Source of the DNA: a virus
Length of the DNA: 64,000 nt
Strand: one strand, 5' to 3'
IMG/VR virus record: IMGVR_UViG_3300045988_131275
Span: 32,001 to 96,000 of that record
Shown here one piece after another: positions 1-8,635 of this stretch (positions are counted from its first letter, which is position 1; the number at the start of each line of letters is the position of its first letter). The position numbers were made by a program, and so were the translations under genes. Below the pieces are notes generated by a model, which saw nothing but the letters and a program-made list of their open reading frames with translations, was not told where the DNA came from and did not search any database.

Positions 1-385
1 ACATAAAAGTAAGGAACATTTACAGGATTTATTGCAGGATATAATTAAGATATCTAATGAATACGGCATTCATATTAATCTCAAGAAAACTCGTATCGTC
101 AAGTTATCAAGTACATATAAGTTCTTGCAAGTCAAATATTCTTTAACTGATACTGGTAAAGTCATTAAAAGAATTAATCCAAAAGCCGTTACTAGAGTTA
201 GACAAAAGTTAAAATCTTTTGCTAAGAAATTGGACGAAGGTGAAATGGATATTCAGACTATTCATAACTGGTATAAGTCATGGTTTTCCAATTATAAATC
301 ATTAATGTCAAAGAAACAAAGGAAACACTTAGATAGGTTATACAATAAATTATTTATCAAAAATTGGAGGTATTCAAATGGTTAA
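1..385 (+). CDS. reverse transcriptase, C-terminal fragment (5' end lies upstream of the window); most likely a diversity-generating-retroelement (DGR) RT
   Basis: Frame 2 is open from base 2 to TAA 383-385. GIHINLKKTRIVKL..YKFLQVKYSLTDTGKVIKRINPKAVTRVRQKLKSF..WYKSWFSNYK looks like the palm-end/thumb region of phage DGR RTs. It sits in the + strand tail/lysis module. Confidence 0.55.
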   Translation, partial: HKSKEHLQDLLQDIIKISNEYGIHINLKKTRIVKLSSTYKFLQVKYSLTDTGKVIKRINPKAVTRVRQKLKSFAKKLDEGEMDIQTIHNWYKSWFSNYKSLMSKKQRKHLDRLYNKLFIKNWRYSNG

Positions 386-701
386 TATTATTTTATCTGA
401 TGGAACAGAGATTAAAAATCTGACCATTAATGGGACATGTTTAATTTCTGATACTGATGTAGCAAATGAACTGCTTACAGATGATAAGTTGCAGATTATT
501 ACTATCAATGAGGTGGAATACAAGAATATCACACTTGCAAGAAAGTGGATTGATGAAGATAAGACTTGGATCGCATTAAGGGAAAAGACTCAGAGTGAGT
601 TAGATAAGGAACGTATTGCTGAGTTGGAATCTGTTAATGCTGATCTTTCAGCAACTATTGATTCTATTTTAACAGAGATTATCCCATCTCTGGGGGCTTA
701 A
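378..701 (+). CDS. hypothetical late-module protein with coiled-coil C-terminus
   Basis: ATG preceded by GGAGG and overlapping the RT stop by 8 nt. 107 aa with C-terminal ELDKERIAELESVNADLSATIDSIL. No enzymatic motif. Confidence 0.6.
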   Translation: MVNIILSDGTEIKNLTINGTCLISDTDVANELLTDDKLQIITINEVEYKNITLARKWIDEDKTWIALREKTQSELDKERIAELESVNADLSATIDSILTEIIPSLGA

Positions 702-714
702 TGGAGGTATTAAT

Positions 715-888
715 ATGGACAAATTTATGTCAAGAATGATTGAAGAGTCTGCAAAAGAAAGTATTGAAGCAGGACAAAATAAATATAGAGCTTATTTTAT
801 TAATACCAAATTATATGTCAAACATCAAGCAAAAGTAGATAAGAAACTTATTGCTGATGGATTTAAAGAAGTTATTGTAACAAAATAA
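715..888 (+). CDS. small hypothetical protein (57 aa, below the ORF-track cutoff)
   Basis: ATG 715 follows GGAGGT by 6 nt. Stop TAA 886-888 lies just before a strong hairpin terminator. Confidence 0.5.
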   Translation: MDKFMSRMIEESAKESIEAGQNKYRAYFINTKLYVKHQAKVDKKLIADGFKEVIVTK

Positions 889-894
889 TTATAG

Positions 895-940
895 CCACTG
901 GATAGAATATACACTCTTCTATCCAGTGGTGTTTTTATTT
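895..940. terminator. bidirectional intrinsic terminator
   Basis: Perfect 11-bp stem CCACTGGATAG (895-905) / CTATCCAGTGG (919-929), followed by TGTTTTTATTT. It lies between convergent genes 715..888(+) and 935..1291(-). Confidence 0.65.
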
Positions 941-1291
941 ATTGAGATTTAATAACTTATGTATATATGAATCAGTTTGAAGTACATCAGGGGTTTCATT
1001 GTCATTAATGACAACAAAATTGTTTGTTTCATTTTCAATGATTTTTCTGATATAATCAAATACATGCAAAGTATGTATGAAACTTTGCATCTGTTCATAT
1101 GTAATAACATGTACATCATCTGACATTTCAAATATAAGGATCTTTAGACCTTTTCGATGCTTATACATTTTGATGAAGTCATTAATTTCTTTTTCATCAG
1201 AAGTGTTAATTTCATCTACTACATAGCTTTCGATATGGTCAACCCTCATACAGAGTAACTTGATGTAATTTTTAATCTCGTATAACGCCAT
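935..1291 (-). CDS. hypothetical protein (lone reverse-oriented gene in the late module)
   Basis: 118 aa ORF with AAAGGAGGTGG 8 nt upstream of the ATG. No recognisable motif. Confidence 0.65.
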   Translation of the reverse strand: MALYEIKNYIKLLCMRVDHIESYVVDEINTSDEKEINDFIKMYKHRKGLKILIFEMSDDVHVITYEQMQSFIHTLHVFDYIRKIIENETNNFVVINDNETPDVLQTDSYIHKLLNLNK

Positions 1292-1340
1292 TATTTTCCA
1301 CCTCCTTTCTGGTCATGGTAGGGAAATTATATATGTAATA

Positions 1341-1349
1341 TGATATAAT
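1341..1349 (+). promoter_or_regulatory. extended -10 promoter element (TGnTATAAT)
   Basis: TGATATAAT at 1341-1349 matches the extended -10 consensus exactly. No good -35 element. It lies about 130 nt upstream of the endolysin ATG. Confidence 0.35.
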
Positions 1350-1426
1350 TTCATTAGTAAACGATTGGTAAAAATGGAAATGAATGGTAAATAAAAGATA
1401 GATTTCATAACTTAAAGCAAATTATG

Positions 1427-1460
1427 AGAGTCTTGTGTCATAACAAGGCTCTTTATTTTT
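1427..1460 (+). terminator. intrinsic terminator/attenuator immediately upstream of the endolysin gene
   Basis: 10-bp stem AGAGTCTTGT (1427-1436) / ACAAGGCTCT (1443-1452, one G.U pair), followed by TTATTTTT. Confidence 0.55.
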
Positions 1461-1481
1461 ATAGAAAAATGAGGTGATATT

Positions 1482-3173
1482 ATGGCAGAAATTAAAGGAA
1501 TTGATGTTTCCAGATGGAATGGCAAAATCGACTGGAAAACTGTTGCTAATTATGGAATGGGCTTCGCTATCCTAAGAATCACAGAAAAAGGAAATATTGT
1601 TGATAGCACATTCGAACCAAACTACAAAGGCTGCATTGAGAATAAGATTCCTGTTGGAGTCTATAAATACAGCTATGCTACTACTATTGCTCAGATTGAA
1701 GATGAAGCAAATGTAGTTATTAAAACATTGAATAAAAGAAAACTGGATTATCCAGTGTTTCTTGATATAGAGGATAAATGTCAGGAGAATTTATCTGACA
1801 GTTTAATGATGAAAATGATTGAAACGTTTAGAGCTATTATTGTCAAAGCTGGATATAAATTTGGTATTTATTGCGGTTATTCTTGGTATCAGAACCAGTT
1901 ACCAGAAGGTGCTAAAAAGTACGATGTATGGACAGCAAGATATCCGAGTAACGATACAGGAGAACTACAGGAAAGACTACGAGTTCCTGCTTCTAATGGT
2001 GTTATTGGCTGGCAATATAGCTCGAAAGCAACTATAAATGGTATTCCAACAAAAGTTGACCGTAATGTATTCTATAAAGACTATTCTAAATCCTCTACTT
2101 CTATAAACACATCTAATAATAACTCAAATAAAACACCACAAGGAAGTGATAATATGTCAAATAACATTATTCAAAACATAATTAATGATGCAGTATCTTT
2201 TGCTGTAGGAATCGCAAATGATAACTCTCATGGCTATTCTCAGGCAGTAAGAAGCCTTTACAATATTACAAATCCTAAGTCATTTGATTGTTCTTCTCTT
2301 TGCTGTACTGCTTATTATTACGCATTCTTAAAGAATGGATTAACAGCACAAGCAAATTATCTTAAATCTCATTGTAGTTATACAGGTAACATGCTTAATA
2401 TGCTCAATGTAGGTTTTGAAATTGTAGCTAGAAATCAGACTGCACACGCACAAATGCAGAAAGGTGATCTTGAGCTTAATGTAAATTATCATGTCGCTAT
2501 GGCGATTGATAAAGATAACATTGTACATGCAAGATCATCCGAGGGGACTACAAATACTATTGATGATTCTGGTAATGAGATTAAAACTCAGCCTTGGTAT
2601 AACTACTCACATGGATGGACTCATCGTCTGAGATTTACGGGCAAAGGACTCAATTTAAACAATGTAAAACCATCTACAACAACCTATAAAAAATGGGTGG
2701 GCGCAGCTACAAAAGATGGCACAGATGTATTTGCCAATCATACAGGAACAACAAAATTATCTACATATCCAAAGTTGAACAAAGGTAATTTAGTAGATGT
2801 AATTGGTGTATCTGGAACATGCTATCAAGTGAAAATTGCAGATAAATTTGTAGGATATGTTGAGAAATCCAATATTAAAAATCCTAACACAGTCGTTGCA
2901 AATACAACTACGAAACCGTCTACTTCTAATGCTAAAACTTATAATAAGAAAGAAAAATGGAAAGGAGTAGTAACTGCTAAATCTGGATTAAAAGTAAGAA
3001 AATCACCTGGTACATCAAAAACAGATTTAGAATGTTCCTTTAGTCCATTAAAATATAATACACCAGTTAGTGTATGTGACAGTACGACAGGTTCAGATGG
3101 TAATAAATGGTATTATATTTTCTACAAAGGTAAATATGGATTCTCTTCTGCCAAGTATATTAAGAAAAAATGA
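1482..3173 (+). CDS. multidomain endolysin: GH25 muramidase + Amidase_5-like Cys/His peptidoglycan hydrolase + two SH3b-like wall-binding repeats
   Basis: N-terminus GIDVSRWNGKIDWKTV..GFAILRI..FLDIED is GH25-like. Centre GYSQAVRS..SFDCSSLCC..YHVAMAI..VHARS is Amidase_5-like. The C-terminus has two SH3-like repeats (KKWVGAATKDGTDVF..GYVEKSNI and KWKGVVTAKSGLKVRKSPG..YGFSSAKYIKK). SD GAGGTGAT upstream. Confidence 0.9.
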   Translation: MAEIKGIDVSRWNGKIDWKTVANYGMGFAILRITEKGNIVDSTFEPNYKGCIENKIPVGVYKYSYATTIAQIEDEANVVIKTLNKRKLDYPVFLDIEDKCQENLSDSLMMKMIETFRAIIVKAGYKFGIYCGYSWYQNQLPEGAKKYDVWTARYPSNDTGELQERLRVPASNGVIGWQYSSKATINGIPTKVDRNVFYKDYSKSSTSINTSNNNSNKTPQGSDNMSNNIIQNIINDAVSFAVGIANDNSHGYSQAVRSLYNITNPKSFDCSSLCCTAYYYAFLKNGLTAQANYLKSHCSYTGNMLNMLNVGFEIVARNQTAHAQMQKGDLELNVNYHVAMAIDKDNIVHARSSEGTTNTIDDSGNEIKTQPWYNYSHGWTHRLRFTGKGLNLNNVKPSTTTYKKWVGAATKDGTDVFANHTGTTKLSTYPKLNKGNLVDVIGVSGTCYQVKIADKFVGYVEKSNIKNPNTVVANTTTKPSTSNAKTYNKKEKWKGVVTAKSGLKVRKSPGTSKTDLECSFSPLKYNTPVSVCDSTTGSDGNKWYYIFYKGKYGFSSAKYIKKK

Positions 3174-3209
3174 TTTTAGCTTTTTGCGGAAAGGATTGAG
3201 GGATATGAG

Positions 3210-3776
3210 ATGATTAGCACATTGAATGAAATAAATTCACAGGGGATATTTACAATTATCCTCTGTGTGGTATTAGTTCTTCTATTGATCGTAGAAGGTA
3301 CTAAACTGTGGAAAGGAACGCTTCAATCGCTTGACTTAAAGTCTGGTAAAGAATTAAGAGAAAATGCCGTAAACGAGCGATTAAGCACATTAGAAAGCGA
3401 ATTAGAAAATGTTAAAACAACATTTCTGGATAATCAAGAAACGTATCATGGACAGAGTATTGAAATTCGTAATAATCTCCAAGCAAATCAAGAGAATTTG
3501 AGCAATCAAATGACAGAACTGAAACAATTATTCATTAATAAAGAGATTGATGATATGCGTTGGGAAATGTTAGATTTTGCAAGTGCAATTATGAATCATC
3601 GTAGATGTAGCAAAGAACAATACGATCATGTTATTGATACATATGTGAAGTATGAACAGATACTTGAAGAAAATCATATGGAGAATGGGCGTGTTACTTC
3701 TTCTATGGAATTTGTAAATGATAAATATAAAAAATTAATGAGCGTTGGATTTGACCACGATAAATTAGAAAATTAA
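3210..3776 (+). CDS. membrane-anchored coiled-coil protein, possible holin or lysis accessory protein
   Basis: Single N-terminal TM helix (GIFTIILCVVLVLLLIV) followed by coiled coil. It lies directly downstream of the endolysin. No family signature recognised. Confidence 0.55.
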   Translation: MISTLNEINSQGIFTIILCVVLVLLLIVEGTKLWKGTLQSLDLKSGKELRENAVNERLSTLESELENVKTTFLDNQETYHGQSIEIRNNLQANQENLSNQMTELKQLFINKEIDDMRWEMLDFASAIMNHRRCSKEQYDHVIDTYVKYEQILEENHMENGRVTSSMEFVNDKYKKLMSVGFDHDKLEN

Positions 3777-3785
3777 ATAATTATA

Positions 3786-3821
3786 GGGTAATCAGATTAA
3801 TTTCTGGTTACCCTATTTTTT
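3786..3821 (+). terminator. intrinsic terminator ending the + strand late module
   Basis: 10-bp stem GGGTAATCAG (3786-3795) / CTGGTTACCC (3804-3813), followed by a T6 run. Confidence 0.7.
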
Positions 3822-3825
3822 ACGT

Positions 3826-4029
3826 TTACATACTAATTACAGGTATATAAACAAGATTTGCGTTCTTATTGTGACTATTCTTTAAAACAGCACGATATAA
3901 CATCATAGCTTCTTTTTCAGATATTACATTCCCAAAAGTATTGAATTTTACATTTGGATTTATACGATAAATTTCATTAATAAGATTTTCTGCATTACTA
4001 TTTTCATATTGTAATTGATTTGTATTCAT
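3826..4029 (-). CDS. hypothetical protein
   Basis: 67 aa ORF with GGAGGT 9 nt upstream of the ATG. It lies between two + strand terminators. Confidence 0.5.
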   Translation of the reverse strand: MNTNQLQYENSNAENLINEIYRINPNVKFNTFGNVISEKEAMMLYRAVLKNSHNKNANLVYIPVISM

Positions 4030-4096
4030 AGCATCTTACCTCCATGCTTACATTATACAAACATTTGTTCTGCAAGTCAAGAGGATAAAATAATTT

Positions 4097-4135
4097 AGGA
4101 CAGTTGAGTAATGATACTCTTCTGTCCTATTTTTT
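4097..4135 (+). terminator. intrinsic-terminator-like hairpin
   Basis: AGGACAG (4097-4103) / CTGTCCT (4122-4128) with inner GAGTA/TACTC pairs, followed by a T6 run. It shares the 17-mer CCTATTTTTTACGTTTA with the 3786 terminator. Confidence 0.45.
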
Positions 4136-4150
4136 ACGTTTATGAATTGT

Positions 4151-4197
4151 AAATAAAATAATACCCCACAGTATGATTTCTCACACCATGAGGTATT
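4151..4197 (-). terminator. intrinsic terminator downstream of the integrase gene
   Basis: On the - strand AATACCTCA pairs with TGGGGTATT (9 bp, one G.U; + coordinates 4160-4197), followed by ATTTTATTT. Confidence 0.5.
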
Positions 4198-4226
4198 ATA
4201 TATCGTTTGGACATTAATAGAACTCT

Positions 4227-6080
4227 TTATAGTTCTACTGCGACATCAATGATTGCGTCAGACCATTGATTCTTACGTAAGTATTTACCAATAGACTTTC
4301 TGTAATCTTGTGCCATTTTATAAGTAATAATGAAGTTTAAGTTAATTATTTCGCCTTTGTTTCTGCGATAGCTGCCTGTGCTGCTATGGACAGAAGATAG
4401 GCTATCATCATTACTTAATATCTGAGCAGAATAATTATTTTTGCGTCCTTCTACTTGTGTGTCTAAATATATGTCTGAGTTCTTATCATAATCATTTCCT
4501 AAACTAATATACCATCTAAATTTATTGTTATCAAGAACAAGAACTTTTGAAATAAATTTATCAATGATATACTTTGGTAACTTAGGTTGTGAAAAATCTA
4601 TAACCTCATTCATGGCTTGTTTTATAACCTCTATCTTCTTTTCAATTGATTCTGGTTCATCTGATTCAACTTCGTCAATTGTTAATTCAGAATTTAATAT
4701 AGAAATCTGTTCCGTGATTGTATTTTTTGATTCAGCAAACTCTTCTTTTGATATTTCACCATCTGCTCTCATTTCTATTAAGTTCTGTAATCGTTTTTGT
4801 AGTTTTTCTATTTTTAATTCTGTTTCCTTGATATTCTTTTTATTTGGTTTTACATCTTCTTCATAGTTTTCAGATATCATTTTTAATGCTAATATAACAG
4901 ATTCACCTTTATTCTTCCAAATATGTTCTATAACCATTTTTGCCATCATATCAAGTTTCCAATCTGCAACCATTCTAATTCCACAATATCCATCTGTGTC
5001 TAATCCGTTCTTTTCACGAAATTGTTTACTTCCATAATTAAGCTGTCTTTGGCATTGATAACCATATACTGCTTCACCTGTCTTATTAGTTCTCCATTTG
5101 TTTCTTCTAAAAGAACTACCACAATTACATAGAAGTTTTTTACTCCAAAATTCTTTTACGTCTTTTTTACCAGATAATTTATCGCCTACAGATTTTGTAC
5201 GTCTAGCGATTATTTTTTGCACATCATTCCATTTATTTTGTGGTATAATAACAGGAATGTTTACTTTCTGATACATATAACTGTCTCTATCAAGATTATT
5301 AATTCTCTTTTGCTCAAGATAGTTATTACTATGTGATTGACCATAAGCAAGTACACCTGTATATGTTGATTTTTTTAGTATTCTCATTACACGTTCAGCA
5401 GACCATTTTATATCTCCACTTGCATTCTTACGTTGCTGAACAGATAATGACTTAGCGATTTTCATTGAGCCAAGACCATCTAAATACATATCATAAATCA
5501 TTCTAACTGTTTCAGCCTGTTCTTCGTTAATTACATAGGTATTTCCAACACGATCATATCCTAAGATATTTCCATTACCATATAATGAGCCATTTTCTCT
5601 ACTGATTTTTTGTCCTGCTTTAACACGATCAGAAGTCTTTCGGCTTTCTTCTTGTGCTAATGTAGCCATCAATGTAAGTCGTAATTCCCCATCACCATCC
5701 ATAGTCCAAATATTATCATCTACAAAATATACTTCTATATTATATTTGCTTTTGAGTTCTCTGGTATATACTAAGGTATCTACTGTATTTCTAGCAAATC
5801 TACATACCTCTCTTGTTACTATTAAATCAAATTTCCCTTTTTTAGAGTCTTCAATCATCCTTAAAAATCCTGGACGTTTCTTTGCTTGAGTACCTGTTAT
5901 TCCTTCATCAATATACTTTTCAACTAAATTCCAATTGGGGTGGAATTTTAATTGATCGTCATACCATTGCATTTGGTTTTGTAATGCTGATAATTGTGCT
6001 TCATGTTCAGTTGAAACACGTCCATAAAAAGCAATATTTCTTGGTCTATTTCTATCGATGGACGCTATATAATTATCCAT
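4227..6080 (-). CDS. large serine recombinase (phage integrase)
   Basis: Resolvase-type N-terminus with catalytic Ser (AFYGRVSTEHE). Cys-rich zinc ribbon (CNCGSSF..YQCQRQ..GYCG). Long coiled coil (LKIEKLQKRLQNLIEMRADGEISKEEF). I place the start at ATG 6080 (AAAGGAGATAAC upstream) rather than the track TTG at 6095. Confidence 0.9.
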   Translation of the reverse strand: MDNYIASIDRNRPRNIAFYGRVSTEHEAQLSALQNQMQWYDDQLKFHPNWNLVEKYIDEGITGTQAKKRPGFLRMIEDSKKGKFDLIVTREVCRFARNTVDTLVYTRELKSKYNIEVYFVDDNIWTMDGDGELRLTLMATLAQEESRKTSDRVKAGQKISRENGSLYGNGNILGYDRVGNTYVINEEQAETVRMIYDMYLDGLGSMKIAKSLSVQQRKNASGDIKWSAERVMRILKKSTYTGVLAYGQSHSNNYLEQKRINNLDRDSYMYQKVNIPVIIPQNKWNDVQKIIARRTKSVGDKLSGKKDVKEFWSKKLLCNCGSSFRRNKWRTNKTGEAVYGYQCQRQLNYGSKQFREKNGLDTDGYCGIRMVADWKLDMMAKMVIEHIWKNKGESVILALKMISENYEEDVKPNKKNIKETELKIEKLQKRLQNLIEMRADGEISKEEFAESKNTITEQISILNSELTIDEVESDEPESIEKKIEVIKQAMNEVIDFSQPKLPKYIIDKFISKVLVLDNNKFRWYISLGNDYDKNSDIYLDTQVEGRKNNYSAQILSNDDSLSSVHSSTGSYRRNKGEIINLNFIITYKMAQDYRKSIGKYLRKNQWSDAIIDVAVEL

Positions 6081-6162
6081 GTTATCTCCTTTCAAAAATA
6101 AAGCCTATTTTATATACTATTATATATAAAATAAGCCTTATTTTCAACAGTATTTTTCTATA

Positions 6163-6297
6163 TTATGTAATCTTATACTTTTTCAAAATATTATCATAAG
6201 TTCTTTTATTAATAATGCCTTGTTCATATAAGATATTTATAATAATCAATGCACCATTTTCATCACTGATTATATTATTTGATTCTTTTGCTTTTAT
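6163..6297 (-). CDS. small hypothetical protein (44 aa) with probable ATA start
   Basis: 45 stop-free codons begin right after the dut stop. GGGTGAT plus 5 nt precedes ATA (6297-6295). There is no in-frame ATG or GTG. The peptide ..ENGALIIINILYEQGIINKRTYDNILKKYKIT looks protein-like. Confidence 0.4.
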   Translation of the reverse strand: MKAKESNNIISDENGALIIINILYEQGIINKRTYDNILKKYKIT

Positions 6298-6303
6298 ATT
6301 AAA

Positions 6304-6837
6304 TCACCCTTTATTCTTGTCCGTACTACCAAATCCACCATTGCGAGAGGTTTCTACTTTATCATCTTCTGTGATTCCATACTCCATGAATAATCCTTGT
6401 ACAACATTGTCACATCTTCTAATCGTACATTCTTTATCTCCATTATTTTTCAGTTTAACAAAGATATGTCCTTCGTTATCACTGTAATAAAAATCCGAAT
6501 CCACAATACCTGTTTGATTCATAAGATTTAATCCATATTTGAACCCTAATCCGCTTCTAGGATATAACATAAGTACCCAATCAGTGTTCATTCCGCATCT
6601 GATTCCAGTAGGAATTTTAATAGTTTCGCCAGGCTTTAAAGTGAATGTCAGAGGACTTACAAAGTCATATCCTGCGCTGCCTTTTGTTGCTCTTTTGGGT
6701 AGTGTAATTGCTCCATAAATACTCTCAATCTCACGTCTGGTTGATGTATCTAATTCAGGAATATCAAATGTATCAAGCCAATCTTTTTCAAACTGTCCGT
6801 ATGTAACTTTTTCAAATTTTGCAACTCTTTTTGCCAT
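6304..6837 (-). CDS. dut: dUTP diphosphatase (trimeric dUTPase)
   Basis: The five dUTPase motifs are visible: GSAGYDF, YPRSGLG, GIVDSDFY, VVQG and RNGGFGST. SD AAGGAG upstream. Confidence 0.9.
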   Translation of the reverse strand: MAKRVAKFEKVTYGQFEKDWLDTFDIPELDTSTRREIESIYGAITLPKRATKGSAGYDFVSPLTFTLKPGETIKIPTGIRCGMNTDWVLMLYPRSGLGFKYGLNLMNQTGIVDSDFYYSDNEGHIFVKLKNNGDKECTIRRCDNVVQGLFMEYGITEDDKVETSRNGGFGSTDKNKG

Positions 6838-6873
6838 TATATTTATCTCCTTTATGTATGTGTTTTTTTGTAA

Positions 6874-7263
6874 TTATTTCATTAATGAACTTTGGTTAAA
6901 ACCACGTTCAACAAGATATTTAATAGCTTTATCACTGTCTTTGAAGTTCATAATTTCTTTTAATGATGGTTTATATTCTCTCCAAGATGTTTTAATTTCT
7001 ATATCTAAATCTTCTTTCCATTGTTTAACATTTTTAAATAAATAATCATGAAAGAATAACTGCAACCCTTTTCTTGTCTTCGTAATTCCAAATGGAAGCC
7101 ATATATCAAGTTTTTGAATTTCTTCTTCTGCGTTGTCCCAATTTACTTTGATTATATCTGTATTTGGATGATTTTCACATATCTTATCTTTATACAAATT
7201 TATACGGAACGGTTTAATAGAATTAATCTGCACTTCTGTTATTGGTATATAATATTTGAGCAT
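6874..7263 (-). CDS. hypothetical protein
   Basis: 129 aa ORF, co-oriented and abutting its neighbours. No motif recognised. Confidence 0.65.
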   Translation of the reverse strand: MLKYYIPITEVQINSIKPFRINLYKDKICENHPNTDIIKVNWDNAEEEIQKLDIWLPFGITKTRKGLQLFFHDYLFKNVKQWKEDLDIEIKTSWREYKPSLKEIMNFKDSDKAIKYLVERGFNQSSLMK

Positions 7264-7264
7264 T

Positions 7265-7702
7265 TTACAACTCCTTTAGCTTAGATTGTGCTTCTTCGTA
7301 TGTAAAAAAGTATCTTTTACCAATATCCTTTTTAGAAATATAATCTAAATAATTAATAAGGTTAATTGTGTCTATATAGTATTCTTTTTTACTACTACAT
7401 CCATAGTCATAACAATCATTACAATGATTACAATCATAACTATAATCATCACGTTCCATTCCTTTATGACATTTCGACCATCTAAAATCAATATAATAAA
7501 GTGTTATATCATTACTTAATTTTATTGATTGTTTAATATTGTTAGATTGTTCATAATTTGCTAATTGACGAGCAATCTTATTAAGATCTTTCCATCTTTT
7601 ATTTTTGGCAAGTTGCTTAATGGTAAGTCCTTTATCAGATGGATAACCGTCTGGATGAAACAAAATTTCTCCATTTTCACAAATACAAGTTAATCTATTC
7701 AT
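7265..7702 (-). CDS. hypothetical Cys/His-rich protein
   Basis: 145 aa ORF, 1-nt gaps to neighbours. The CHKG..YDCNHCNDCYDYGC cluster suggests metal binding. Confidence 0.65.
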   Translation of the reverse strand: MNRLTCICENGEILFHPDGYPSDKGLTIKQLAKNKRWKDLNKIARQLANYEQSNNIKQSIKLSNDITLYYIDFRWSKCHKGMERDDYSYDCNHCNDCYDYGCSSKKEYYIDTINLINYLDYISKKDIGKRYFFTYEEAQSKLKEL

Positions 7703-7703
7703 T

Positions 7704-8036
7704 TTATATCTCCCATAAATATTTTATGTAATGATTCCAATTCATTTCTAACTGTTTATATACATCTATTTTGACAGATTCCTTATCAAAATCGCCAACC
7801 CAAGGAGCAATTAGAATCTCCCATTCGCATTTACTCCAATAATAATATATAGTTGATAATTTAACTTTTTCTCTAAATTCTTCCAGTGTATAATCATCTC
7901 TGTGATTTAATAATTCGACAATTTCCTGTTTGTAACTTATATGATTAAAGATATTAAATACTTTCATTTGTCTTTTATTTATATCATATATAAATACATT
8001 CCATTCTAAATCAACGTTATTTTTAATATTCCTCAT
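7704..8036 (-). CDS. hypothetical protein
   Basis: 110 aa ORF with GGAGAA 8 nt upstream of the ATG. Confidence 0.65.
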   Translation of the reverse strand: MRNIKNNVDLEWNVFIYDINKRQMKVFNIFNHISYKQEIVELLNHRDDYTLEEFREKVKLSTIYYYWSKCEWEILIAPWVGDFDKESVKIDVYKQLEMNWNHYIKYLWEI

Positions 8037-8292
8037 AATATGTTTCTCCGTTTATTTTTGGATATTTTTGTTCTGCATTGTGTATTCTTTTAAGAGCAAT
8101 TGAACGATCATCAAACACATTTTCATCTATCTCATTAAATCCTAGTAGATATGCACGTTTGTCTTTCTTGTCTACACCACAAAACCAATTATCCATAACA
8201 GTTCTTATAATTAAATCGCACAAATCATATGTGCCTGTTTCTGGAAATACTCGTGTATAATATACGATATCTCCCTTATTAATAGTCTTCAT
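8023..8292 (-). CDS. hypothetical protein
   Basis: The track ORF 8023..8310 starts at TTG. I prefer ATG 8292 (GAGGAAG 9 nt upstream). Confidence 0.6.
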   Translation of the reverse strand: MKTINKGDIVYYTRVFPETGTYDLCDLIIRTVMDNWFCGVDKKDKRAYLLGFNEIDENVFDDRSIALKRIHNAEQKYPKINGETYYEEY

Positions 8293-8635
8293 TCTCTGAT
8301 ACTTCCTCAAAAATATCTTTCATATTACTCATGAATTTGTTATACGCTTTTACTACTTTTTTGTAGAGTTTATTATTACCTCTATCATCTGGATTATAGA
8401 ATGGTGCAAATAACGTACCGTTTGCATATCGTACATTCGTTGATACGAAGTAATCTTCTTTATCTACGGTAAGATTAAGGATAATTTCTTCTGTATACAA
8501 TGGTTTGTTCAGTATATATTGAGTTGGTGTTGCTCTGAAATTATTAGATACAAAATCTCTATCTCTAATTGGTTGTTTTACACGATATGTTTTTGGTTCT
8601 ACCATAAGATTTTTCTCCTTTTGTACGGGAGTCAA
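8279..8635 (-). CDS. hypothetical protein
   Basis: 118 aa ORF directly abutting the nrdG stop. Confidence 0.65.
   Translation of the reverse strand: MTPVQKEKNLMVEPKTYRVKQPIRDRDFVSNNFRATPTQYILNKPLYTEEIILNLTVDKEDYFVSTNVRYANGTLFAPFYNPDDRGNNKLYKKVVKAYNKFMSNMKDIFEEVSENEDY

Noticed and set aside
1-385. Interpreting the RT fragment as a group II intron maturase, a retron RT or an abortive-infection RT.
   Set aside because: Its context, at the end of a + strand tail/lysis module and followed by small virion-module proteins, favours a DGR. So does the C-terminal sequence style. This cannot be excluded without the upstream sequence, so the DGR call is kept at moderate confidence.
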